In this document: in pieces, positions 25,038 through 32,813 of the stretch
Numbering within the stretch: the stretch's first letter is position 1
Layout: each line of letters begins with the position of its first letter
Virus record (IMG/VR): IMGVR_UViG_3300030330_003569
Span: 1-32,813 of that record
Reading direction: 5' to 3' (one strand)
From: a virus
Taxonomy: Duplodnaviria; Caudoviricetes
DNA: 32,813 nucleotides
Program-made: the position numbers and the translations under genes
Notes under the pieces: model-generated
Seen by the model: the letters and a program-made list of their open reading frames with translations, nothing else
Database searches by the model: none
Told to the model about the DNA's origin: nothing

Positions 25038-27391
25038 TAGATTATTCCTGCACTTCCTAAGGCTCCAGCTGTGCCAACGCCAGCCGCAGCCGCTCCTACT
25101 GCTTGATTTAATACACTTGGGTTAGGGGTAGTTGTTTGAGCTAACGTCATTTGTGAACTCGGTGCGCCAGCTAAAATATCACCGTAAAAAGCCGCTCGTT
25201 GATATGGTTCATATGTTTGCATCAAGTTTGTTTGGCGTTGAGCATCAAGTACAGCTTGTTCTTGTGCCTGTTGTTGTGCGCCAAGTTGTGTAGTTGCATC
25301 TATATCACGGAGCTGCATCGTTTGACCAAGCTCCCCAAGACCAGCCGTAGTTTGCCCAAGCTGACCGTAAGCAGAACCAAGTGCGCCTAAACCTTGACCA
25401 GCCGCTTGTAAAGCCCCAGCGCCTTGCATACCGAGCTGACCACCTGCTACGCCAAGTTGTCCTGCTGCTTGAGCCATTTGTCCAGTTTGATCTGCACCAG
25501 CTAACCCTAATCGGGCGGCGGCTTCTTCGCCAGCTATACCCATTTGTCCGAACTGTTGCCCTAATTGACCTAATTGAGCGGCGGTATCTGCTGTGAGTTG
25601 TCCTGCTGCTAAACCTTGTTGGCCTTGCTGAGTTGCAAGTTGACCAGCTAATTGTTCGGCAGACATTCCATACTGCGCTGCAAGTTGTTCTGCATTGATG
25701 CCTAACTGTGCCGCTTGTTGATCTATAGCTGCCGCCGCTTGTTGCATTGCTGAGGCTTGTTGCGTAGCTTGCAATCCTAACTGACCAGCAAGTTCTTGTG
25801 CCGCTATACCTTGTTGTGAACCCTGCAACCCTAATTGCCCAGCTAGTTCTGACGTAGAAACACCTAATTGAGCAGCTTGACCAGCTAATCGTCCAGCTAG
25901 TTCTTCACCAGACATACCAAGTTGTGCTGCCTGACCAGCTAATTGCCCAGCTAACGTATCAGCTTGTAAACCAAACTGCCCACCTTCTAATGTGCCTGTT
26001 TGTGCTAATTGTTCGGCGCTTAATCCAAGTTGCCCACCAGCTTGCGCAGCTCTCATTGCTGCATCAGCCCCTTGTGCGCCTAAAGCACCAGTGAGTTGTG
26101 CGGCTGTTTGGCCTCTTCCTGCGGCTGACTCAAATGCTTTTTGAGCTTGTTCTTGTGCTGATTGGAATCCTGCTTGACGTAATCCCGCCGCCGTACGAGC
26201 TTGTTGTTCAAGTAGATTACGACCACGTTCTGCTTCTACAATACCTGATCTCGCACCACCAAATGCACCAGCTTGCACAGCTCTGGCACGGTCACCTTGC
26301 GCTGCAATATCACTAGCTCTTGCTACATCTGCTAATGCCTGTTGTATTACTGCATCTTCAAAAGGATTCATAAATGCTTGTGCAGAAGTTGGATCAAATT
26401 GCCCTGTAGTTCCTGCTAATTGACCAATACCTTGCCGAGCGGTATCCATACCAAAATCAGATGCTTGCCCCAATGCTGTTTGAGCAGCTTGCACACCTTG
26501 TCGAGCTTGACTAGTAACATCGCCTAATCCTTGTTGTAGCCCACTAACACGGCCTTGCGCAGTTCCAGCAATACCACCAAGATCTGTTTGGCCTTGTAAA
26601 GCCTGAGATCTAGCTCCTCCAGCGGCAGTGCCTAAATTAGTTTGTCCTGCTAAAGCTTGTTGTTGTGCTTGAGTAGCGGCTTGTTGAGCTAAAGTTTGTC
26701 CGGTAGCGGCTTGACCTGCTGCACCAAGTCCAGCTTGTGTTGCTATATTTTGTCCTGTAGTGCCTAATGTACCGAGTTGTGCTTGTCGCACACCAGCATC
26801 GGTAGCAAAATCAGTAGCGGCTTGCCGCGCTCCTGTGCCCGCCGTTGTGCCTACTGCTCTAGCCCCTGTAGCAGCCTGATCTTGTGCAGTTTGTGCTGCT
26901 TGAACAGCGGTTTGCGCTTGTTGCGCACCTAATCCTAAACCAGCCGCCGCATCAGTTAAAAAAGGCTGTGCTTGTGCTATTTGTTGACCAATACCAAGTT
27001 GACCCCCAGCCGCCGCTGTTTGCGCCTGAGTAGCTGCTTGACCTAATCCTGTAAGTGCGCCCTGTTGTATCGGTGCAAACCCTTGCAAAGCAGTACGGGC
27101 TAAATCTGCACCACCTGTAAGTTGTTCACCAGCCGCGCCTAATTGATTAATCCCTTCAGTTACGCGGCTTGCACCTGTAGCGATGTAAGGTGCAAAAGTC
27201 CCCACTCCTGTATCTGCAAGGTCAAAAGCTCGTTGCTGTAAAGGTTGTATCCCTGCAACATTATAACCAAGTTGCGATACATCTGGCCCTTGATCAAATA
27301 AGTTTTGTTTTGCAAAATCTATTAATGCAAGTCTACGTGCCGCTATTTCTGGTGATTCACCTTGGTATATAAACTGGTCTTCTGCGGCCAC
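25037..27391 (-). CDS. Ala/Gln/Gly-rich DNA transfer (pilot/ejection) protein
   Basis: FMNPFEDAVIQQAL.D...RAVQAGAFGGARSG..EAE motif, 11/18-residue repeats, Gly/Ala-rich C-terminus. GTG start with GGAGG RBS. Confidence 0.7.
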   Translation of the reverse strand: MAAEDQFIYQGESPEIAARRLALIDFAKQNLFDQGPDVSQLGYNVAGIQPLQQRAFDLADTGVGTFAPYIATGASRVTEGINQLGAAGEQLTGGADLARTALQGFAPIQQGALTGLGQAATQAQTAAAGGQLGIGQQIAQAQPFLTDAAAGLGLGAQQAQTAVQAAQTAQDQAATGARAVGTTAGTGARQAATDFATDAGVRQAQLGTLGTTGQNIATQAGLGAAGQAATGQTLAQQAATQAQQQALAGQTNLGTAAGGARSQALQGQTDLGGIAGTAQGRVSGLQQGLGDVTSQARQGVQAAQTALGQASDFGMDTARQGIGQLAGTTGQFDPTSAQAFMNPFEDAVIQQALADVARASDIAAQGDRARAVQAGAFGGARSGIVEAERGRNLLEQQARTAAGLRQAGFQSAQEQAQKAFESAAGRGQTAAQLTGALGAQGADAAMRAAQAGGQLGLSAEQLAQTGTLEGGQFGLQADTLAGQLAGQAAQLGMSGEELAGRLAGQAAQLGVSTSELAGQLGLQGSQQGIAAQELAGQLGLQATQQASAMQQAAAAIDQQAAQLGINAEQLAAQYGMSAEQLAGQLATQQGQQGLAAGQLTADTAAQLGQLGQQFGQMGIAGEEAAARLGLAGADQTGQMAQAAGQLGVAGGQLGMQGAGALQAAGQGLGALGSAYGQLGQTTAGLGELGQTMQLRDIDATTQLGAQQQAQEQAVLDAQRQTNLMQTYEPYQRAAFYGDILAGAPSSQMTLAQTTTPNPSVLNQAVGAAAAGVGTAGALGSAGII

Positions 27392-27393
27392 GG

Positions 27394-28911
27394 TTAAACC
27401 CTCCGCTCAAATTGTTTCATCATATTATACATACGTTTTGCCCCAGCTTGTCTATCGCCACCACCAGCTCCGCGTACCGCTCTAGCATTCATTACAAATT
27501 CACCATCACTTAACATAGCAGGTATTGAATCACTGGTAGGTGTTCCAGGACCAACGATCTCTCCACCTTTTGCAACCCCCATAATACCGCCTTGCATATT
27601 TGCCATAGATGTTTGGAAAGTATTTTCTTGCATGGGTTCGTCTTTTACAAACCGATTTGCATACATCGGGTTATTAGCAAAAAATTGTTCTGGGTCAGTT
27701 AAAAATTTTTCAGGGTTAGCATCAATTAAATTTTGTGCGTAAGTCATTGGGTCTTTACTCGGGTCATATGTAGCGCGTTCCATATCAGGCGGTGTAATAA
27801 AACTCGTACCAAGGAGCTCGTCACTAACTGCTGCGCCACCTAAAGTTGCTGCCGTAAGTGGTCCATATTTAGCAAACACTCCTGGTTGAGCTGCCGTTGT
27901 TGCTTGCTTAATAGAGGACTGCACAATAGATTGTGCTGCTTCAGGTGTAAGTGCAGCTTGACCCTGCGACAACAATGCTTGATTAGTTGCCTTTACTGCG
28001 TCTGCTCCTGCTTTTGCACCTTCTGCCGTTACTTTACCGAGATCAGGCTGTATACTTGCGCGATTCGGGCTTAAATAATCGCTAAATAAGTTTTTAGTTT
28101 TTTGGAAATAACTAGCGTTTTTTCCTACACTTAGATCTTTTGTCTCTGGCAGAAAATTCATTTTGCCACTGTCTGCAACAATTTTGTCTAATTCAGCGCC
28201 AGTAACTTGTTGTCCTGCTTGTCCTGCTTGTCCTGCTTGCTTGATAGCCTGAATTTGCGCTTGCCCAGCTTGACTAAATGGGTTGACAGGTGTAAAAGCT
28301 TCTCCTAAACTAAACTGACCTAATCCAGCAGTTGGCGCAGCAGATGTTCCAAAAAAGCTACCCCCACGGAAAACTACATTACCAAGACCAGCTAAACCAC
28401 CGCTTATAACTGCACCTTTTAATGAATCTTCTAAACTTTGCCCTGATACCAATCCCCCAGCTAAACTGCCTAAACCAGTAGCAAAAGCGACAGGCATAGC
28501 TGGAAGTAAAAACGGTGCAACGATTGGTAGAACTATGGGCGCAACTTTTTTTACAACATCGCCAATTTTTTTGACAACATTTTTCACACCGCTAAATAAT
28601 TTCTTTAAAAAGAACTCAGGCTGACCAGTTACAGGATTTATACTGTTAAGTTCATTACCAACAATATATCGTTCAGGTTCTACACCCATTTCTTCCATTT
28701 GGGTAAATAACATTTTCTTTAAACGAGGGTTTGCATCAAGCACCTCCATAGGTACCATCGTTTCGCCCTCAGCGGCGTGAACAATATAAGTATCGCCATG
28801 CCGCCCAAAATCTGCTAACATATCAGCAGCTCCACGCAGGGTTTGCAAACCACCGTCGGGAACCATTGGTTGTTCTACGACTTCATATCCTAAATGTTCA
28901 ATACCTTGCAT
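27394..28911 (-). CDS. Putative ejection/DNA transfer protein (about 505 aa)
   Basis: FGRHGDTYIVH..EGET, SINPVTGQPEFF, hydrophobic segments, C-terminal GPGTPTSDSIPAMLSDGEFV. ATG 28911 has an AGGTGAG RBS. Confidence 0.7.
   Translation of the reverse strand: MQGIEHLGYEVVEQPMVPDGGLQTLRGAADMLADFGRHGDTYIVHAAEGETMVPMEVLDANPRLKKMLFTQMEEMGVEPERYIVGNELNSINPVTGQPEFFLKKLFSGVKNVVKKIGDVVKKVAPIVLPIVAPFLLPAMPVAFATGLGSLAGGLVSGQSLEDSLKGAVISGGLAGLGNVVFRGGSFFGTSAAPTAGLGQFSLGEAFTPVNPFSQAGQAQIQAIKQAGQAGQAGQQVTGAELDKIVADSGKMNFLPETKDLSVGKNASYFQKTKNLFSDYLSPNRASIQPDLGKVTAEGAKAGADAVKATNQALLSQGQAALTPEAAQSIVQSSIKQATTAAQPGVFAKYGPLTAATLGGAAVSDELLGTSFITPPDMERATYDPSKDPMTYAQNLIDANPEKFLTDPEQFFANNPMYANRFVKDEPMQENTFQTSMANMQGGIMGVAKGGEIVGPGTPTSDSIPAMLSDGEFVMNARAVRGAGGGDRQAGAKRMYNMMKQFERRV
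28210..28239. repeat. 9-bp tandem repeat (TTGTCCTGC)x3 encoding QAGQAGQAGQ
   Basis: Directly visible perfect in-frame repeat. Confidence 0.9.
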
Positions 28912-28933
28912 ATAACTCACCTAATTTTTGTAG

Positions 28934-29010
28934 AGATATGCAGGTTGCGCTAAATCCTGTAATTGCGCTTATTAGCACAATACATATCTGTCTTAAATAT
29001 CGCAACCTAC
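28934..29010 (-). promoter_or_regulatory. Structured intergenic leader/promoter upstream of the ejection genes
   Basis: TTGCGA-17-TATTGT on the minus strand, plus three complementary segment pairs (see findings). Confidence 0.45.
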
Positions 29011-29015
29011 TTCTC

Positions 29016-29312
29016 CTACGATATACTTACTGTTACTGAACCCACCGACCCTGTAGCTTCACCACCACGTACAAATGGGGAATCTGCAAGTGGTATTCTT
29101 AATATACCCCCATGTTGGAATACTGCTCCTGTTTCTAAACCAGAATCATCTGTTTGCAAATTTGTAAATACTGTAAAAGTATTTCTGCCTTCGCCAGCAG
29201 CAAGAAACTGATTTAAAAACACACTAAATACCCTAGCAACTTCAGCTTGATACATAGCAGAATATTCTTGTGGTGGTAATGGGAACTGCGGTGGAGTTAA
29301 TACCCTAGACAT
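29016..29312 (-). CDS. Small virion protein (98 aa)
   Basis: P.FPLPP.EY...Y pattern, GL.TG.VF..GG.LRI, and G..GSVTV C-terminus. TAATG-coupled to the tail gene. Confidence 0.7.
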   Translation of the reverse strand: MSRVLTPPQFPLPPQEYSAMYQAEVARVFSVFLNQFLAAGEGRNTFTVFTNLQTDDSGLETGAVFQHGGILRIPLADSPFVRGGEATGSVGSVTVSIS

Positions 29313-31192
29313 TAGCGCCTACCATCTGGGCGTATATCTACCCTAGGAGCGCCTAATCGCCATCCAACACCTTCGGCTGTAGATTGTATCTTTAAATTAA
29401 AAGAACGCCCTCGTAAACGCAAATTAGCTTGCGTTGTAAATTGTTCTATTGGAACTGTTGCTGTGCGTGTAACTGCGTTAGTAGATGTATTAGCATAATC
29501 TACTCCAGGAAAATTACGAGCTTCTAAAATAAAATTTACGCTTGGTGTTTCAGCTGTGCTATCTACAAAAGTAACATCTGGTATTAAACGACGCATAAAA
29601 ACAAAGTTTTCGCCATCACCTATATCCATTTGACTAGATTCTATAAAACTAGTCATTGCGCTGGCTGGGGTTGTTTCACCATCATCGTAACCAAACTCAT
29701 GTTGATATAAGTAACCCTCTGGACTGGCGGCGATTGGGTAACGATCTATACCTCTGTCAATCCACACACTGCGAGACAAATTACCATAATACCACGCTTG
29801 CTCTTGATAATTGTATATCACATATCTATCTACATTATCAGAAGTAGAACTCGGATAAAACCACCATATTTCACTATAAGAACTATTTAATCCAGCTGTT
29901 ACTTTTTCAGCTTGATCATAATTAAAATCATCAAATACATAAGCACGTACTGAACATGGTACTTTTTGCACCGATCCAGCATAAACATAAAATTCTTGTT
30001 GGCCCATCCAAAACACTCTATCGTCTACAGCAATCGCTGATAGAGGGCTCATGATTGTAGTGTTTTCGCTTACTTGGTTTATCCCAAATGTAAACGGTGG
30101 ACCTATAAATTGCATCGTATGTAAACTAACATCAGTAAAAACTAATATTTGTTGACGAGTTTCTACAGCCGTTACAATTTTACTACCACTACCTACACGT
30201 AAATCACCAGCCGTATTCGTTGGTCTAGCTGCCCATGTAAGTATACTTTCTTGATCACTAAATCGTATTAGCAATGGATCTTGTGTGCCGATTGCTACTT
30301 CAGAATCACAACCAAAAGCAATGACATGCCTGTCACGGTCACTAACTAATACAAGTTTAGCAATAGTTGGGGCTGTATCATCAATTTCTGCAAGAGTATT
30401 TAAACTTACAGCACGAGAACCAACGCCGCTAGATTTATCCCAGTAATAAATACCAGCATCACGCACATTCATAATTAGGTCTTCACCAAAATTATCATGT
30501 GACCATATACGCAAAGTAGCCCCGAGAGCTGTAAGGTTTGCTGCACTGTTCCATGTGCCGCGTCCCCATGTACCTGCGCCCCAACCTGCACCCGCGATTG
30601 TAGTATCAAGGCCAGTATTAATTTGGAAAGCAGCTACTGAGCTACTCCCACCATTACCACTATCACTAGAATTTGCCGTAACCGTTGCACTAGAAGTATC
30701 TTTAGCGGTGAATGTAAATGTATTATCGGTAACAGTCAATATTTGATATTCTTGGTTTAAAACGGTGCTAGTGACATTACCGCCTAAACTTGTTGTGTCA
30801 GTAAAAGTAACAAAGTCATTTACCAAAGCCCCATGATTACTTACTGTCGCTGTAATTGTTGAACTACCATTTGTCGCAGAAAAAGTAACACCCCCAGCCG
30901 ATGTTGTTGAACGTACAGGCGTTACATCATAATACTGACCACCTTCATCAATATAATATTTGAGATGTGTGCCAATACCTAGAAAGTTTTCACCAGAAAG
31001 GGCAGACCAAGGGTGTAATGCTCTTGCCGTACCTTGAAATTGTGCTCCGGATTTTTTTATCCAACCGCCTATTTTTTCTGGTACTCCAGCGCGGAACCGT
31101 ATTTTATCACCATCAAACCAACCTCCTTCATTTGCAAAAGAGGTTGTTTCTCTATTTACTCCTGGACGAAATTGGAGTTTTGTAAGTGGCAT
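29312..31192 (-). CDS. Podovirus tail/DNA-stabilisation (P22 gp10 / tail tubular B-like) protein
   Basis: MPLTKLQFRPG.NRE.T....EGGW.D.DK.RFR.G.PEKIGGW, IRFSDQE...W.....NTAG..R, WRLG.PR.D.RPDGRR. Beta-propeller-like composition. Confidence 0.7.
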   Translation of the reverse strand: MPLTKLQFRPGVNRETTSFANEGGWFDGDKIRFRAGVPEKIGGWIKKSGAQFQGTARALHPWSALSGENFLGIGTHLKYYIDEGGQYYDVTPVRSTTSAGGVTFSATNGSSTITATVSNHGALVNDFVTFTDTTSLGGNVTSTVLNQEYQILTVTDNTFTFTAKDTSSATVTANSSDSGNGGSSSVAAFQINTGLDTTIAGAGWGAGTWGRGTWNSAANLTALGATLRIWSHDNFGEDLIMNVRDAGIYYWDKSSGVGSRAVSLNTLAEIDDTAPTIAKLVLVSDRDRHVIAFGCDSEVAIGTQDPLLIRFSDQESILTWAARPTNTAGDLRVGSGSKIVTAVETRQQILVFTDVSLHTMQFIGPPFTFGINQVSENTTIMSPLSAIAVDDRVFWMGQQEFYVYAGSVQKVPCSVRAYVFDDFNYDQAEKVTAGLNSSYSEIWWFYPSSTSDNVDRYVIYNYQEQAWYYGNLSRSVWIDRGIDRYPIAASPEGYLYQHEFGYDDGETTPASAMTSFIESSQMDIGDGENFVFMRRLIPDVTFVDSTAETPSVNFILEARNFPGVDYANTSTNAVTRTATVPIEQFTTQANLRLRGRSFNLKIQSTAEGVGWRLGAPRVDIRPDGRR

Positions 31193-31195
31193 TAA

Positions 31196-31420
31196 TTACT
31201 CCGCTGCTACATCCTTTGGTGGTTCTTCTAAAGTTTTTGTTAACATTTCCATAAAGGCTTGTTTACCAACCTGTAACTGGTCAAGGTTAAACTGCGTAGA
31301 ACCGATTTTACGATCTAGGTCAGCAATGTGGTTAATCATCACCTTCTGCTGATCTGTTAGTTGGTCTTCAGTGTATTCTTTGTCGTTAATCGTGATGGAT
31401 TTTGTTTGTTTCTCAGCCAT
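31196..31420 (-). CDS. Small coiled-coil tail-associated protein (about 74 aa)
   Basis: ATG 31420 with AAGGAGA RBS. ITINDKEY...DLDRKI...FNLDQL. Confidence 0.7.
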   Translation of the reverse strand: MAEKQTKSITINDKEYTEDQLTDQQKVMINHIADLDRKIGSTQFNLDQLQVGKQAFMEMLTKTLEEPPKDVAAE

Positions 31421-31449
31421 CGTGATCTCCTTCTTAGTTGAGGTTAAAA

Positions 31450-31773
31450 TTACCAAGGTACGGCTTTTATTTGTGCAGTTATAGGTGGGTTTTTAAGTAA
31501 ATTTATTCTACTAGCTATATTGCTTTCTACGTTTGCAATATATTCATCACCTAAAATATTTTTTATCCACCCAACTACATCTGATTCTTTTAAATCAGCA
31601 AAAGCTATAAAAGACTCACCTTGTTTTAAATCTGAAATTAAATCTGAAGTTTTGCTTGAATAATTATCTGAATCTACTCCTTCACATTGCCAAGATATCT
31701 TGCTTACAAAGTTTTCTTTTGGGGTTTGTAAAACATAAAGTCTTTTTACTCCCCATGTATAAGTTATAGCCAT
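31450..31773 (-). CDS. Small tail-fibre-associated protein (107 aa)
   Basis: MAITYTW...FIAFADL.E..V.GW.K..LG...PW pattern, common directly after tail fibre genes. Confidence 0.7.
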   Translation of the reverse strand: MAITYTWGVKRLYVLQTPKENFVSKISWQCEGVDSDNYSSKTSDLISDLKQGESFIAFADLKESDVVGWIKNILGDEYIANVESNIASRINLLKNPPITAQIKAVPW

Positions 31774-31774
31774 C

Positions 31775-32812
31775 TTATAATTCCTCCAATGTTGCTATTC
31801 GTGCTTCTAAAGCATCGTTTTTTGCTGATAGTTCTTGTATTGCTTTTGTAAGTATTGGTATTAGTTCTGATGGAGCCAACCTCTGTCTTGTATTTTCTAC
31901 AGGATTACCTTCAGCATCTTCACGTTGCTCCGCACTCCACATTTTAAAACCATCTTTAATTTCAGAGTGTGCATCAATAACTGCTTTAACTTCTTGAGCA
32001 ATAAAACCGTGATTGGTTTCACCATTGCTTAACATAACTCTTGTATCAGAACCCTCAACATATGCTTCGTGATCTGTAGGAATATCTTTTTCTTTTTTCC
32101 ACTGAAAAGTTACAGGACGTAAGTCGTTTATAAATGAAAGTCCAGCAGTAGATGTTTGTATATTTTCTTTATATCTTTCATCTGATGGGACATCAATACT
32201 ACCACCACCAAACGTAATACTACTGCTGGTGGAATCTTTTCCAAAAGTAAAAGTATTATCGCCTTGAGACGTAACACTATCACCCATACAAATAGCATTA
32301 GTTGTTGCACTACTATTTGTTTTATTCTGAAAACCAATAAACACGTTATCAGTTCCAGTAGTTAAATTAGTAGTAGTAGAAGCAGCACCTTTACCAATAA
32401 CTACATTTCTAGCACCTGTCATATTAGTAGCAGCACCACTACCTATAACTATACTATCGTGACCTGTCATATCAACACTATCAACAGCACCTTTGCCAAT
32501 AATTACAGAATCATCACAAGAAGTTGATTGGACAGCAGCTTGATTTCCTATAATTATATTATTTTGACCAGTAATTACTTTTCCTGCTTCTGTGCCTACA
32601 CAAGTGTTTCCAGCACCACAATTAGCACTCAATGCTCTAAAACCTACAGCCGTATTACTACCAGCATCATCTGTACCATCACCTGCTTCAGCACCAACAA
32701 AGGTGTTTTCTGATCCTGACGTTAAGGCATTACCTGTTAAACGGCCTATCAACGTATTATTATCACCTGTCATAGTAGCACCAGAAGCAGCATTAGATCC
32801 AACAATAGTACA
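31775..32812 (-). CDS. Tail fibre C-terminal part with peptidase S74 intramolecular chaperone (partial, frame open to the right edge)
   Basis: Repeated N-x-x-(I/V)-G beta-roll motifs, cleavage motif SDERYKENI, GLSFINDLRPVTFQWK, GFIAQEV, and terminal coiled coil LTKAIQELS. Confidence 0.9.
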   Translation of the reverse strand, partial: CTIVGSNAASGATMTGDNNTLIGRLTGNALTSGSENTFVGAEAGDGTDDAGSNTAVGFRALSANCGAGNTCVGTEAGKVITGQNNIIIGNQAAVQSTSCDDSVIIGKGAVDSVDMTGHDSIVIGSGAATNMTGARNVVIGKGAASTTTNLTTGTDNVFIGFQNKTNSSATTNAICMGDSVTSQGDNTFTFGKDSTSSSITFGGGSIDVPSDERYKENIQTSTAGLSFINDLRPVTFQWKKEKDIPTDHEAYVEGSDTRVMLSNGETNHGFIAQEVKAVIDAHSEIKDGFKMWSAEQREDAEGNPVENTRQRLAPSELIPILTKAIQELSAKNDALEARIATLEEL

Positions 32813-32813
32813 T

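Noticed and set aside
25037-28911. Tape measure protein call for the Ala/Gln-rich ORFs
   Set aside because: No tail tube or tail assembly chaperone genes are recognisable, and the context fits podovirus ejection proteins better.
451-32713. Plus-strand and nested alternative-frame ORFs in the track (e.g. 451-777, 3948-4274, 5471-5797, 13836-14120, 21398-21730, 24604-25026, 8888-9076, 32128-32337)
   Set aside because: They are shadows of well-supported genes, with no recognisable motifs.
1-32813. CRISPR array, tRNA, integrase, reverse transcriptase/DGR, intron or intein
   Set aside because: No spaced repeats, cloverleaf or catalytic motifs were seen by eye. PolA and the helicases have normal lengths.

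Overview
This window is a 32.8 kb internal segment of an AT-rich dsDNA tailed phage. It is probably a marine podovirus-like phage with an alphaproteobacterial host (inference). Every well-supported gene except an SNF2 helicase is on the minus strand. In transcription order (right to left) it contains: a tail fibre with an S74 chaperone, a tail/stabilisation protein, several large internal-virion/ejection proteins, two small membrane proteins, the SNF2 helicase (+), an origin-like intergenic region, a replication block (SSB-like protein, AEP primase, UvrD helicase), a DUF932 gene, a DNA-modification/polymerase block, and a run of small early-type ORFs. The most interesting element is a compact thymidine-hypermodification cassette (3752-10102). 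It encodes a 5-hmdU DNA kinase (aGPT-Pplase1 family), a GT-B glycosyltransferase, a dUMP hydroxymethylase, a Nmad1/DUF1599 protein, a Zn-ribbon protein, PolA and an HD phosphohydrolase. The amino acid:DNA transferase and PLP/rSAM enzymes of the characterised M6/ViI pathways are not recognisable in the window, and a glycosyltransferase sits beside the kinase instead. This predicts a sugar- or sugar-phosphate-modified hydroxymethyluracil, either base-J-like or a new base. Non-coding signals include a recurring promoter motif (AAAAAAGACTTATCA-16/17-TAnnnT), a 13-bp palindrome with the -10 box at its centre, crossed inverted repeats in the origin-like region, and a structured leader upstream of the ejection genes. 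All family assignments come from motif recognition by eye, not database searches.
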